This document shows, piece by piece, positions 48,796 to 59,800 of a stretch of DNA of 64,000 bases. Source of the DNA: Deltaproteobacteria bacterium. GTDB taxonomy: Bacteria > Desulfobacterota > Binatia > UBA9968. The stretch lies in the NCBI GenBank assembly GCA_016193465.1, contig JACPSE010000058.1, forward strand, positions 97 to 64,096, written 5' to 3'. A program made the translations under genes and the position numbers. The notes below the pieces were generated by a model that saw only the letters and a list, made by a program, of their open reading frames with translations, did not search any database and was not told the DNA's origin. How positions within the stretch are numbered: position 1 is the first letter of the stretch; each line of letters begins with the position of its first letter.

Positions 48796-49656
48796 TCATG
48801 ACTCCAGGGCCTTCAGCTTTTGTTTCGCCTTGGCAGCCTCCTCTGACTGGGGATACCGATCGACGAGTTCCTGGAGAATCAAACGGGCGTCCACCTTATC
48901 CCCGAGCTCAGCAAAGGCAAAACCTTGCTTGAGAAGAGCTGCCGGCACCTTGTCTCCTTTCGGATATTTGCGCCGAACCGCGTCAAACTCCAGAATGGCT
49001 TGGTCAAACTCTCGCAACGCGTAATGACTCTCTCCAATCCAATACTGGGCATTGTCCGCATACTCGCTCTGGGAATGTTTTCTGATAAAGTCTTTAAACC
49101 GAGCAATGGCGACCCGGTAATCCTTCTTCTCCAACAGTCTCCACGCCACTTCGTAATCTTTCTTGACAGCTTCCGACTCTGCCGACGGCTTTTCCCGGAT
49201 CAACTCACTCGACGTAGCGCCTTCGCGCGGGGCCGCCGACTCCTGACTACCGGGAGCTTGTTTCACGGCTTCTCGGAGGATCTTCAATTCCTCCTCGCGC
49301 GCCTTCAATAACGTCCCCTGGGCTTGGAGCTCCGAGCTCACCTTGGCTATCCGCGCCTCGATCTCTTTAACTCTCTGATCTCCCTCACGGGCGGACTGGC
49401 CAAGCTGGCGGTCAAGCTGATAACGGACCTCCTCGACCTTCTCTTTCAACGCGCCTAACTCCTCCTGCACCTGCTGGACGTTGGCGCGGGTGTCCGCCAA
49501 AGTGGAGCGGACGCCGTCGTACTCACTCTGAGTGGCGGCGTTTTCCACGCGAAGGCGCCGCTGCTCCCGCTCGATAAGCTCTATCTGTTGGGGGGTAGCG
49601 CAGCCCCATAGGGCCATCCCAACCAGCATGAGGAGCAAAGATAAAAAGCCCTTCAT
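48796..49656 (-). CDS. ybgF: tol-pal system TPR protein YbgF/CpoB
   Basis: Lipobox LWGC, coiled coil, TPR (ADNAQYWIGE, KVPAALLK), downstream of pal. Confidence 0.93.
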   Translation of the reverse strand: MKGFLSLLLMLVGMALWGCATPQQIELIEREQRRLRVENAATQSEYDGVRSTLADTRANVQQVQEELGALKEKVEEVRYQLDRQLGQSAREGDQRVKEIEARIAKVSSELQAQGTLLKAREEELKILREAVKQAPGSQESAAPREGATSSELIREKPSAESEAVKKDYEVAWRLLEKKDYRVAIARFKDFIRKHSQSEYADNAQYWIGESHYALREFDQAILEFDAVRRKYPKGDKVPAALLKQGFAFAELGDKVDARLILQELVDRYPQSEEAAKAKQKLKALES

Positions 49657-49738
49657 GGTTTTAGGAGAAAAAATCCAGGAGCCAGGAGTCAGAATTCAGG
49701 ATGCTGGATGCTGAATTCTGCATTCTTAAATTCTAACT

Positions 49739-50296
49739 TCACGAGGCTGGCTTGGCAGAGACGATCACAAAACGTGCCCGACGGTTCTTCTGCCAGCATC
49801 CCTCGTTTTGCTCCTTGCAGACCGGCAGCTCTTCGCCGTAGCTGATAGTCGATAACCGCTCTTTAGAGATCCCCAGGGTGACCAGGTAGTCTTTAGCAGC
49901 CTGAGCCCGTTTCGCTCCCAGAGCCAAATTGTACTCGTTGGTCCCCCTCTCGTCACAGTGCCCTTCGATTTCTACCCGAGCCGCAGGGTTCGCCTTCAGC
50001 CAACCGGCATTGGCCTTGAGCGTGCCTCGAGCTTCTGTCTTCAGATCATACTTGTCAAAATCAAAATAGATATCATTCAAAGGGCTGGGCGCCGGGGTTG
50101 TGCCGCGACGCGCTGCCTCCAAACTCGAAGGGGAGGGAGCTGCACGACCCGCCGGAGCGCTCTCTCTGGCGGTTGGTTGCGGCGGCGCCGGAGGCGGGGC
50201 CTCAGGCTTGGTGGTAGCAGGCGGGGGACAACCGGTTAAAGCAAGAAAGGCGAAGAACATCATCCCATACAACGACACGCGCAATCGATCAACCAT
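49739..50296 (-). CDS. pal: peptidoglycan-associated lipoprotein
   Basis: LTGC lipobox, IYFDFD, EGHCDERGTNEYNLALG, KNRR. Confidence 0.97.
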   Translation of the reverse strand: MVDRLRVSLYGMMFFAFLALTGCPPPATTKPEAPPPAPPQPTARESAPAGRAAPSPSSLEAARRGTTPAPSPLNDIYFDFDKYDLKTEARGTLKANAGWLKANPAARVEIEGHCDERGTNEYNLALGAKRAQAAKDYLVTLGISKERLSTISYGEELPVCKEQNEGCWQKNRRARFVIVSAKPAS

Positions 50297-50343
50297 CTCT
50301 CTCTCCTTTCTTATCCCCAACTTAGATTAATCTATAAAGGCGT

Positions 50344-51660
50344 TTATTCCAAACGCGGCGACCACGACGGATTTGTATCATCTCCCCCTGAACCTGTCAA
50401 TCTTTGCTGATTTTCCCCGCTCGCCTGCATCAGGTAGAGCTGGTATCGGCCTTTCCGATTAGAAGTAAATGCAAGGTATCTCCCGTCAGGAGACCATGAA
50501 GGATCCTCGTTATCTGCGGAGTTCGACGTGAGCTGCTGCGCGTCCCCGCCCTGAGCCGCAATAGTAAAGATCTGAAAGCGACCGCCCGCCCTTCCCGTAT
50601 AAGCAATTTTGTCGCCAGCGGGGGACCAGCTAGGAGAGGTGTTGTATCCTCCCGTGTAGGTAAGGCGGCGCGCCTTTCCGTTGGCAAGTTCCAGAACGTA
50701 GATCTGCGGGCTACCGCTTCGACTGGAGACGAAAGCTAAGCGGCCTCCGTCCGGAGACCAGGCAGGAGACACCTCAATGGCCGGATCTTCCGTTAACCGG
50801 CGCACGATCTTCCCCGTAGTATCCAGCAAATAGATATCCACGTTTCCCTGCCTCTCGAGTGACATAGCAACGAACTTTCCATCGGGAGACCATTTGCCGC
50901 CAAGATTCAAGCCGCCGCCGCTTAAGAACTTGGTATCTTTGCCGGTGAAAAGATTAAACAGATACAGGCCCGGAGCCCGTTCCCTGTAGCCGTAGGTAGA
51001 GTAGAAAATCGACCGGCCATCCGGGCTCCAAGAAGGAAATAAGTTAATCGTTGGGTCCTTCGTCACCTGGATCCTCTCGCTTCCATCCAGATGGGCGATG
51101 TAGACCTGCTTAAAACGACCTCCCGCGTTGGAAACGTAGGCGATCCTCGTGTTGAAAACCCCCGGCACACCGGTGAACTGGAAAATGATTTCGTCGGCAA
51201 ATTTATGAGCGATGCGGCGGAATTCCTTCGCCTTCCCGGCGTATTTTTTCCCCACGATCTGCTTCGCCTGGTAGACATCAAAGAGGCGCAGCTCTACCGC
51301 CAGCTCGTCGCCTCCAAGGTTGAAGCCTCCCTTGGCCAATCCCTCGGCGCCGATCACCGACCAGTCCCTAAAATCGAAGTTTCCCAAGGTGATACCGCTT
51401 TTCTGAGGATCTTCGATGTAAGCTGACCGGTCCAGTATCCGGAACCAGCCTGAAAGCTCCAAGTCTCGAGCTATAATGTCCGCTATGCCCTCGGAAAGCC
51501 GACCTGCATCTTCGCCCGCTCCCAGGTTTCTCAGCGGGGAAATCGCTATCGGATAACGCTCGGCCCCTGGCCCGACAATCGTTCCCCTCACTTGGGAATA
51601 AAGGGGCTGCGAAGTCAGCCAGAGGGTCAATAGGAAAGTAAGAAGCGCCCTGAAAAACAT
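50344..51660 (-). CDS. tolB: Tol-Pal beta-propeller protein TolB
   Basis: Repeated PxWSPDG motifs, TRIAYV. Confidence 0.96.
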   Translation of the reverse strand: MFFRALLTFLLTLWLTSQPLYSQVRGTIVGPGAERYPIAISPLRNLGAGEDAGRLSEGIADIIARDLELSGWFRILDRSAYIEDPQKSGITLGNFDFRDWSVIGAEGLAKGGFNLGGDELAVELRLFDVYQAKQIVGKKYAGKAKEFRRIAHKFADEIIFQFTGVPGVFNTRIAYVSNAGGRFKQVYIAHLDGSERIQVTKDPTINLFPSWSPDGRSIFYSTYGYRERAPGLYLFNLFTGKDTKFLSGGGLNLGGKWSPDGKFVAMSLERQGNVDIYLLDTTGKIVRRLTEDPAIEVSPAWSPDGGRLAFVSSRSGSPQIYVLELANGKARRLTYTGGYNTSPSWSPAGDKIAYTGRAGGRFQIFTIAAQGGDAQQLTSNSADNEDPSWSPDGRYLAFTSNRKGRYQLYLMQASGENQQRLTGSGGDDTNPSWSPRLE

Positions 51661-51663
51661 CGG

Positions 51664-52569
51664 CTAGCCACCCAGATCCTTCGGACGGAATGTCAGCTCC
51701 ACGTCCATAAAATCCTTGCGATAGCTCTCCGGGGGCGGCGGCAAGGGGCTCGCCCTACGCACCGCGCGAAACACCGAATCGTCATAGGAGAGATCCCCGG
51801 AGTTCTGAACAACCTTGAGGGCAACGATCTCGCCATTCTCCTGGATTCCGAAGCGGACAGTGACTTCCAAATCGCTCCTTTTGCCCACCCAAGTCCAGCG
51901 CTCGCGAATCAAGCGACGCATCTGGTTGTAATAGACGATGAAGTCAACTCCCTTTACAATCCCCCCGCCTCTCCCCCCCGAGCCGATGGAGGCGGCGCCC
52001 TCACCCTCGCTGGGACCGGCGCTGATCGCTTCCCCTTTTTGCTTTTTTTGCCCGCTCTCGGCCCGATCCCTGACCCGCTCCAAAGCCGCTTGAATCAATT
52101 TCTCCCGCAACTGACCGGGCAGCGCCTGTTCTGTCCGAGTCGCCTGTTCTACTTGAGGTTCCTGTTTCACCTCTTTCTTAGACTTCTTGACCGTGGTTTC
52201 TTCCCGCATCAAAGCCGGACGTTCCACCGCCTTCGCCTTCGCCTTCTCTTTCTTGGCTACCTCAACCCGTGGGGGCGGTTCAGCCTTTACTTTTTCGTTC
52301 CTCTTTTTTGCCGGCGGTGGAGACTCCAAGACGGATCCCAGGTTGGTGCCGCCCAATTTTTCCCCGCCCACCAATTCAACCGTATAAACCGGGTACGAGG
52401 GGCCTCTGCGGGACGGCATGTGAGGCATAAGGAATAGGCCGGAAATGAACATGAGATGAATCACGCCTGAGACGGTGACCCACCGCCAAAGCCTTCCGCC
52501 ACTCTCCCCCACAGGAGAAAGCGAGCGGCCTTTCAGCGCCCTCATCGGAGTCGAGTAGATATCCGCCAT
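51664..52569 (-). CDS. tolA: TolA/TonB-family energy transducer
   Basis: Single TM, Pro/Lys-rich linker, C-terminal SG..YD..A..PLP domain; between tolR and tolB. Confidence 0.85.
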   Translation of the reverse strand: MADIYSTPMRALKGRSLSPVGESGGRLWRWVTVSGVIHLMFISGLFLMPHMPSRRGPSYPVYTVELVGGEKLGGTNLGSVLESPPPAKKRNEKVKAEPPPRVEVAKKEKAKAKAVERPALMREETTVKKSKKEVKQEPQVEQATRTEQALPGQLREKLIQAALERVRDRAESGQKKQKGEAISAGPSEGEGAASIGSGGRGGGIVKGVDFIVYYNQMRRLIRERWTWVGKRSDLEVTVRFGIQENGEIVALKVVQNSGDLSYDDSVFRAVRRASPLPPPPESYRKDFMDVELTFRPKDLGG

Positions 52570-52992
52570 TTATCCCTCTTGCGTTGACGGACGGGTCACC
52601 ATCCCCAGCCTTTCAATCCCTGCCTGTTTGATCTCCGCGATCGCCTTCATAACGACGCCGTAGCGGACATCCTGGTCCGCCCGCAGATAGACCTCCTTGT
52701 CCTGCTGGAGCTGGCGAATGGCGCGAAGCTTCTGCCCCAGCTCCGCGAGCGTCATCGGGTTGTCATTGAGATAGATCCTCCCATTGCGGGCGATCGCCAC
52801 CACCAACTGCTCCTCTTTCCCTGGGATGGCCCCGGCCTTCGCCTGCGGCAGATTCACCTGGATGCCTTGTTGAATGATCGGCGCCGTCACCATGAAAATC
52901 ACCAAAAGCACCAGCATCACATCCACCAAAGGAGTCACATTGATTTGGGAAATCGTCGTTCCATCTCTCTGGGATGAAGAATCGACAGCCAT
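52570..52992 (-). CDS. tolR: TolR
   Basis: INVTPLVDVMLVLLVIFMVTAP. Confidence 0.95.
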   Translation of the reverse strand: MAVDSSSQRDGTTISQINVTPLVDVMLVLLVIFMVTAPIIQQGIQVNLPQAKAGAIPGKEEQLVVAIARNGRIYLNDNPMTLAELGQKLRAIRQLQQDKEVYLRADQDVRYGVVMKAIAEIKQAGIERLGMVTRPSTQEG

Positions 52993-53062
52993 GGTTTAAA
53001 ACTCCTTCATTTTTAATTTTGAGTTTTTAATTTTCTGTTGCCTGTTGCCTTTCGCCTGTTGC

Positions 53063-53815
53063 CTATTTCAAAAAATGGCGCTCCGCAATATTCAAAAAAT
53101 CGTGCGAGAAATTGTCCATATCAGCGGTCAAGACTTTAATCCTCTGGACAAAATGGTTGTACGCCATTAGCGCGGGTATGGCCGCGGCCAAACCGGCCGC
53201 GGTGGCAATTAATGCCTCGGCGATGCCGGGAGCAACCGCCTGGATGCTGGAGGAATGGGTAACGCTGAGGCCCCGAAAGGCATTCATGATCCCCCAGACC
53301 GTGCCGAAGAGCCCGATAAAAGGCGTCGTGCTCGCGGTTGTGGCCAGAAAAGTCAGAGATTTTTCCAGTTTGGTGATCTCCATGCTCGTCGCGCGCTTCA
53401 TCGCCCGCGCCACATTGTCGACGCCGCCCAACTCCGTGGTCAGGCCCTCGCCGTGCGCGGACTCTTTCTTGCTATGGGTAATCCGCAATAACTCCTCGTA
53501 GCCGGCGCGAAAGACCTGAGCTACCGGACCCAATTTTAATTCCCGGCTCGCGTCATGAATGGATGCGAGGTTGCGGCTCTCCCAGAAAATCTCTCTGAAC
53601 CTTTCGGATTCGCCTTTGGCTGCCCGGATCTGGCGATACTTGTAAAAAATGATCCCCCAGCTTACTACCGAGAATAATATAAGGGTATAGAGAACTCCCT
53701 GGACAATAGGACCGGAGCCTCTGACCAGGTCCAATATTCCCTGCTGCTGGTTAGCCGTAAATCCTGTTTGGGCCAGCAACTGAAGAAACCAAAAGGAAGG
53801 CATTGAAGAATCCAA
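53063..53815 (-). CDS. tolQ: TolQ
   Basis: PFIGLFGTVWGIM, PGIAEALIATAAGL. Confidence 0.96.
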   Translation of the reverse strand: MDSSMPSFWFLQLLAQTGFTANQQQGILDLVRGSGPIVQGVLYTLILFSVVSWGIIFYKYRQIRAAKGESERFREIFWESRNLASIHDASRELKLGPVAQVFRAGYEELLRITHSKKESAHGEGLTTELGGVDNVARAMKRATSMEITKLEKSLTFLATTASTTPFIGLFGTVWGIMNAFRGLSVTHSSSIQAVAPGIAEALIATAAGLAAAIPALMAYNHFVQRIKVLTADMDNFSHDFLNIAERHFLK

Positions 53816-53917
53816 CTATTCATTTGAAAAAGTATTACAACCCCTGTATTTAGTCAAATGGGGCCTGCCCCTTTAGCCAGGTAGTCAGCAGATTCACGCT
53901 TCAAGGAGCAAATTTTT

Positions 53918-55090
53918 ATGATCCGCAGGTTGGAAGAGCTGGATCTCACCGGCAAAAGGGTCTTTGTCCGGGTTGATTTCAATGTCCCGGTCAAAAAAGG
54001 CAAGATTACGGAAACGCACCGCATTGAGAGCGTGTTGCCGACGCTGCGTTTTGTTCTCGCGCGGGCTGAAAAACTTCTGATTGCTTCGCACCTGGGACGG
54101 CCGGGGGGCAAAGCAGACCCGGAGTGGAGCCTCGCCCCGGTGCGCGATCACCTTGAGAAATCGCTCGCCTGCCAGGCAACTCTGGCGCCGGACTGTATTG
54201 GACCCAAGGTTGAGGCGCTGGTCAAGGATCCCGGCCATAAGGTGATCCTGCTCGAAAACCTGCGCTTTCATAAAGAGGAGGAGGCTAACGATCCGGCTTT
54301 TTCCCAAGCCCTTGCCTCCCTGGCGGATGTTTACGTCAATGACGCCTTTGGGACCGCGCATCGGGCGCACGCATCGACCGCCGGGATGGCAAAGTTTTTC
54401 CGCCAGAAGGGATCCGGTTTTCTCCTGCAAGAGGAGCTGGATTATCTCGGACGGCTCCTCTCCAGCCCGGAGAAACCGTTTGTCGCCATCCTGGGAGGGG
54501 CCAAGGTCTCGGATAAAATCGGCGTGCTGAAAAACCTGATTCCCAAAGTGGACTCTCTCCTCATCGGGGGCGGGATGGCTTACACCTTTCTCAAAGCAAA
54601 GGGGATCTCTGTCGGGAAATCGCTGGTCGAAGAGGAGCGGATTCCCCTGGCGCGTGAACTCATCAGCCAGGCAGAAAGCCAGGGGATAGCGCTGTTGCTG
54701 CCCACCGATCATATCGCAGCGGAGGAGGTCGAGAAGAACCCGATCACTACCGGGCTCAACATCCCGCCGGATCATATCGGGCTGGATATCGGTCCGAAAA
54801 CAATAGCCCAATTCCGTCAGGAGATCCGTAAGGCGAGGATCATACTATGGAACGGTCCCCTGGGTCTGTTCGAAGAGGAAAATTTCAGCCGGGGCACCCG
54901 ATCTATAGCCCAGGCCCTGGCCGAACATAGCGCCATTAGCGTCGTCGCCGGCGGAGACACGGTAGCCGCAGTCATGCAGGCGGGGGTCGAGGGCAAAATC
55001 ACTCACCTTTCCACCGGCGGAGGGGCGACGCTCGAGTTCTTGGAAGGGAAAACACTACCCGGCATTCAGGCCCTCGAGGAGCCGAGATGA
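53918..55090 (+). CDS. pgk: phosphoglycerate kinase
   Basis: RVDFNVP, LLENLRF, NDAFGTAHR, GGAKVSDK, STGGGA. Confidence 0.98.
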   Translation: MIRRLEELDLTGKRVFVRVDFNVPVKKGKITETHRIESVLPTLRFVLARAEKLLIASHLGRPGGKADPEWSLAPVRDHLEKSLACQATLAPDCIGPKVEALVKDPGHKVILLENLRFHKEEEANDPAFSQALASLADVYVNDAFGTAHRAHASTAGMAKFFRQKGSGFLLQEELDYLGRLLSSPEKPFVAILGGAKVSDKIGVLKNLIPKVDSLLIGGGMAYTFLKAKGISVGKSLVEEERIPLARELISQAESQGIALLLPTDHIAAEEVEKNPITTGLNIPPDHIGLDIGPKTIAQFRQEIRKARIILWNGPLGLFEEENFSRGTRSIAQALAEHSAISVVAGGDTVAAVMQAGVEGKITHLSTGGGATLEFLEGKTLPGIQALEEPR

Positions 55091-55274
55091 GGCTTTTGGT
55101 CCTACACTCGCACGGGAAAAGCGAGGGGCGCGAGGATAAGGGACGAGGGCATCGAGCGTGCAGACTCCGCAAAGTAAGAACAATTGGACCGGTATGCTCA
55201 CAGCCTCAAGGCACAGGCCCATTGCCCTCGGCCCGAAAACTCGTGCCCCGAGCTAGGGCACCCCAGGAAGATTT

Positions 55275-56039
55275 ATGAAGCCTCTAGTCGTGGGCAACTG
55301 GAAAATGCACGGCACCGAGAGCGAGGCCCCAACCCTGGCGCGCCAGATCCGCAGGGGAATGAGAGCCCTGCACGGAGTGGAGGTGGTTCTCGCCCCCCCA
55401 TTCACAGCGCTCACGGCTGTGCAGAAAGTTATCAAGGGAAGCAGCGTACATCTCGCCGCCCAGGACGTCCACTGGGAGGCAGAAGGCGCTTTCACTGGAG
55501 AAGTCAGCCCAAAGATGCTCAAAGAGGCGGGCTGCCGCTTCGTTATCATCGGCCACTCGGAGCGCCGCCATCTGTTCCATGAAAGCGACCAAACCGTAGC
55601 GAAAAAAATGCTCGCGGCTTTAGGCGCAGGGCTCCAGCCTATCCTCTGCGTCGGCGAGACATGGGAGGAAAGAAGGAAGGGGGAGACAACGCGGGTCATT
55701 GCCCGGCAACTCAGGGTCGCATTGAAGGGGCTGGGGAAAAGTGATATAAAAAAGATTGAAATTGCCTATGAGCCAGTTTGGGCCATAGGCACGGGTCGCA
55801 ACGCCACCGCGGCTCAGGCAAGCGCAGTGCACCAAAGGATTCGCGGTTTTCTGAAAAGGCTCGTGGGTCAGGAGAGAGCCGCGAGCTGCCGTATTCTCTA
55901 TGGCGGCAGCGTTAAACCCGACAACGCGGGCGGGCTTTCCTTGGCGGCGGAGGTCAACGGCCTATTGGTAGGAGGGGCAAGTCTTAAAGCGCGGGACTTT
56001 TTGGCAATCGTTCGCTGTTGTAATCCAATTTCGCTATGA
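55275..56039 (+). CDS. tpiA: triosephosphate isomerase
   Basis: GNWKM, GHSERR, AYEPVWAIGTG, YGGSV, LVGGASL. Confidence 0.98.
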   Translation: MKPLVVGNWKMHGTESEAPTLARQIRRGMRALHGVEVVLAPPFTALTAVQKVIKGSSVHLAAQDVHWEAEGAFTGEVSPKMLKEAGCRFVIIGHSERRHLFHESDQTVAKKMLAALGAGLQPILCVGETWEERRKGETTRVIARQLRVALKGLGKSDIKKIEIAYEPVWAIGTGRNATAAQASAVHQRIRGFLKRLVGQERAASCRILYGGSVKPDNAGGLSLAAEVNGLLVGGASLKARDFLAIVRCCNPISL

Positions 56040-56416
56040 TCACTTTTGTCATCATCATCCATGTCATCGTAAGCATCGGCCTGATACTGGTCGTTCTTCT
56101 TCAGACCGGCAAAGGGGCGGACATGGGCGCGGTGTTCGGCGGCTCCAGCGCCACCATTTTCGGCAGCAGCGGCGCGGGAAACTTTCTTACCCGACTGACT
56201 ACTGGCATGGCCATTGTCTTTATGATCACCTCATTGACTCTGGGTTACGCCTCAGGTAAGAAGCCTTCCTCCAGTGTCTTCGACAGGGGAAAAGTTGAGG
56301 CGCAACAACCTGCTCGCCGGCCGCAGTCAGGACCGGCTACGACCCCTCAAGCCTCAGCGCCATCGGCAGCGCCACAACCCCAGACCCAACAGCCCGAGAA
56401 GCCCGCAAGTCCCTAG
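56036..56416 (+). CDS. secG: preprotein translocase subunit SecG
   Basis: VLLQTGKGADMGAVFGG, NFLTRLT. Confidence 0.96.
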   Translation: MITFVIIIHVIVSIGLILVVLLQTGKGADMGAVFGGSSATIFGSSGAGNFLTRLTTGMAIVFMITSLTLGYASGKKPSSSVFDRGKVEAQQPARRPQSGPATTPQASAPSAAPQPQTQQPEKPASP

Positions 56417-56529
56417 GCACGAGGCAACAGGCTTGAGGCGTCAGGGGAAAGGCTTAAGGAGGAAGGCGTGAGGCATGAGTTGAACCATCTTCCTCTTGCC
56501 TGTTTGCTGTTGCCTATCGCCTGTTGCCC
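56416..56529. repeat. palindrome of 7-mer repeats (AGGC / GCCT type)
   Basis: aggcacgaggcaacaggcttgaggc...ttgcctgtttgctgttgcctatcgcctgttgccc. Confidence 0.75.
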
Positions 56530-56540
56530 TTTTTATGTGT

Positions 56541-56627
56541 GCGAGGATGGCGGAATCGGCAGACGCGCTAGTTTGAGGGGCTAGTGCCAGAGATGGCGTA
56601 GGGGTTCAAATCCCCTTCCTCGCACCA
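56541..56627 (+). tRNA. tRNA-Leu (anticodon GAG)
   Basis: Acceptor stem GCGAGGA/TCCTCGC, anticodon arm CTAGT-TTGAGGG-GCTAG, long variable arm, T loop TTCAAAT, encoded CCA; follows secG. Confidence 0.97.
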
Positions 56628-56635
56628 TACCTGCC

Positions 56636-56665
56636 TTGACACCCTGCTTTTTTAAGTGCGATAAT
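56636..56665 (+). promoter_or_regulatory. sigma70 promoter TTGACA-N18-GATAAT with extended -10 TG
   Basis: Directly after the tRNA. Confidence 0.6.
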
Positions 56666-56743
56666 CAGCCCTGTTTTCTGGCATTGTGAGGCCGGGGGAC
56701 TGCCGGACTCTGGGGAGAGTCTCCGCATTATAGATCAACTGAG

Positions 56744-56777
56744 GGCCCGACTGGATCATTCCGGCCGGGCATTTTTG
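56744..56777 (+). terminator. terminator-like hairpin
   Basis: gcccg-a-ctgga-tcat-tccgg-c-cgggc followed by atttttg. Confidence 0.5.
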
Positions 56778-56824
56778 CTTAAAGGGAGCTATCAGTAATT
56801 GCTGTTGCCTATTGCCTAACTGAC

Positions 56825-59800
56825 ATGAAGCTACGCTCCCATCTAATCATTCTTGTGGTCGCTGCGCTGCTGCCGGTGCTGATCTTTGCCAGCGTGATAA
56901 TCGCGGTGTTCGACAAACAGCAACGGGCCACTGTCGAAAACCGGCTGGTAGACACGACCCGCGCCCTCTCGCTCGCCGTAGATCGCGAGGTCGCGGCTTG
57001 GGCCAGCACCCTGCAGGCGCTCGGCTCCTCGAAGCACCTTGATTCCGGGAATCTGAGCGCGTTCCGCGTGGAAGCGGCGCGGGTCTTAAAGACCCGCAAG
57101 GACTGGAACAATATTCTGCTCACCGACTCAGAGAGCCGCCAGCTTCTAAACCTCTTCCTCCCTCTCGGCTCCCCTTTGCCTTCCGTTGGGGATCTGGAAC
57201 AGTTCCAACAGGTCATCAAGAGCTCTCAACCGGTCGCTTCTGATCTCTTCTTGGGTCGCGTGTCCCGCAAGCATCTGGTCGGCGTAGCCGTGCCTGTCGT
57301 TCGCAATGGAAAGGTCCGATTCGTCTTGGCATCAAGCACGTCGCCAAACTCGCTGCTGCAAATTCTCGCGCAACAGGATATACCGCCCGAGTGGCTTGGG
57401 ACCATTATCGATAGAAAAGGGATCATCATAGCCCGCACGCGCAACATCGAGAAGTCTACCGGCAACCCCGCGATGTCGCTGCGTGACGCTCCAAGCGGAG
57501 ACGTACAAGAGGGGCTAGGGCGCGGGGTTACGGAAGACGGCACGGAAGTTCAGGTGACATTTCACCGCTCGGCACTTACCGGCTGGACCGTGCGCCTGGC
57601 GATACCCGTGTCGGTTCTTGAGGCGCCGCTGCGCCGCTCGCTCTGGTTCACGGTGGTAGGAGGGCTTGCACTTCTCATTGTGGGCATTGTGCTCGCAATC
57701 GGCTTCGGCCAGCGAATCGCCAAGCCCATTACAGATCTTTCCTTATGGGCAGAGACCCTGCGAGGGGGCGAGAGGTCGCGCCTTAAGACCTCCCCGATAG
57801 CCGAAGTGAACCGGCTAGCGCAGGTGCTTCAAGATGCCACGGTCACCCGCAATCGAATAGAAGAAACCCTGCAAGAACAATCACGGCTGCTGGATCTTTA
57901 CTTTAAATACGCGCTGAACCCGGTCGTGTTTCTAGACCGCGATTTCAATTTTATCCGTGTCAACGAGGCGTATGCCCGCGCCTGTCAGCGAGACGTCAAT
58001 GACTTCCCGGGACACAACTACTTTGAATTCTACCCTTCGGACGCCAAAGTCATCTTCGAAGAAGTCGTCAAAACCAAGAAGCCTTTCCAGGCACTTGCCA
58101 GACCCTTTGCTTTCCCCGACCATCCGGAATGGGAAGTGACTTACTGGGACTGGACCCTGGTGCCGATCCTCGACAGTACCGGCGAGGTCGAATTGTTCGT
58201 TTTCTCCCTTAATGACGTAACCGAGCGCAAAAAGGCAGAGAAAGAGACCCAACGCCGTCTTGAATCCATCCGCACCCTCCATGCCGTTGCTGCCACTGCG
58301 AACCAATCCTTGGACCTCGAGGTTGTCTTAAATCAGTCGTTGGAAAGGGCGTTGGAAGTTCTCCAGCTTGATGCAGGGCAGATCTATTTAACCGATCCAT
58401 TGACTCAGACAGTCCGCCTGAGGGCACACCAGGGAATCGGCGCTGAATCCCCTCAAGCTCTTTCTCGCCGGCTCGGAGAAGGTATTATGGGTCAGGTCGC
58501 AAATGGGGAGCATGCGGTCTCTGAAGATATACAGACTGATCCTTATTATCTCCGATTATCGGGACAAGAGCGGATGCCGGCGGCGGCATCACGGGCCAAT
58601 GTCTCTACTCCTATCAAAGCCAGGGGAAAAACTATTGGGGTCTTAAACCTGGCCAGCTATCAGCCGCGCCGCTTTTCATCCGAGGAACTTGAACTGGCAA
58701 CTTCCATTGCCGATGTGATCGGTGTCGCTGCGGAAAACGCCAGACTGTATGAAGAGACCAAGCGCAGTTTGGAACGTATTCGGGTATTGAATGAAATCAA
58801 CTTGGCTATCAGCACGAGTTTGGACCTCCAGACTGTCCTGGACATGCTCCTGGAAAAAACCAGCCTTCTCATTCCCCATGCAGCCAGCGAAATCAGGCTG
58901 TTAAACAAGGAGACGGGGATACTGGAGCCGACAGCCTGCCGGAATATCAACGAAAAAGAATGGAAGGCGTTGAAGGCAGGGCGCGGGCTCGTCAAGATCG
59001 TGCTGGAAGCTAAAGCCCCTTTGATGGTTCTCAATGCTCCAGCAGACCCGCGGTCAGCAAATCCAGATTTTTTCCGTAAAGAGGGATTGGTCTCGTTTCT
59101 GGGAGTACCATTGGTGGCCAAGGAGGAGCCCCTTGGGGTCTTGGTTATCCTCACAAGAGAAGAGCATGAGTTCAGCGCTGAAGAGGTCGAATTATTCTCT
59201 ACCCTTGCGGCCCAGGCAGCCATAGCGATTTACAATTCCCAGATTTATGAGCAGACAAGAAAACAGGCAAAGGAGCTTTTATCTTCCCGTCAACGGCTCC
59301 GTGCTCTCACGGCCAGGGTCATAAGCTCCAGGGAGGAGGAGGCCAGACGCATCGCCCGTGAGCTGCACGACGAGGCAGGGCAGCTTCTGGCCTCCGTCTA
59401 TCTCGCTGTGGACGAGATCTCTCGCCAGGTACAACCTCCGGTCAAAGAAGATCTCCAAAGAGTAACGTGGCTGCTCGATCAAATCGAAGAGCAACTGCGG
59501 AGTCTGGCCCACGAGCTCCGCCCGACGATCCTGGACGACCTGGGGCTGCTTCCGGCGATCCAATCTCTAGCCCAACGATTCTCGAAACGAACAGGCATGG
59601 ACATCGCCTTGGAGGAAGTGCCAAAGCGGCGCCTTCCCCCTGCGATTGAGACGGCGCTCTACCGAACCGTTCAGGAGGCTCTCAACAACGTAACCAAACA
59701 CGCTCAGGCGACCGCTGTTCGTGTTCAAATTCAGCAGGAGGACGGGATGGTTCGTTGCCTCGTTCTGGACAATGGGATCGGATTCGATGTGCCTGCGGTC

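Noticed and set aside
53894-54811. Long antisense ORFs such as this one opposite pgk (also opposite leuB, dxr, rho and the CoA transferase)
   Set aside because: Shadow frames of well-conserved genes, expected in GC-rich DNA.
55087-55278. 63 aa ORF or structured RNA between pgk and tpiA
   Set aside because: No recognisable motif; it looks like degenerate short-repeat spacer sequence.
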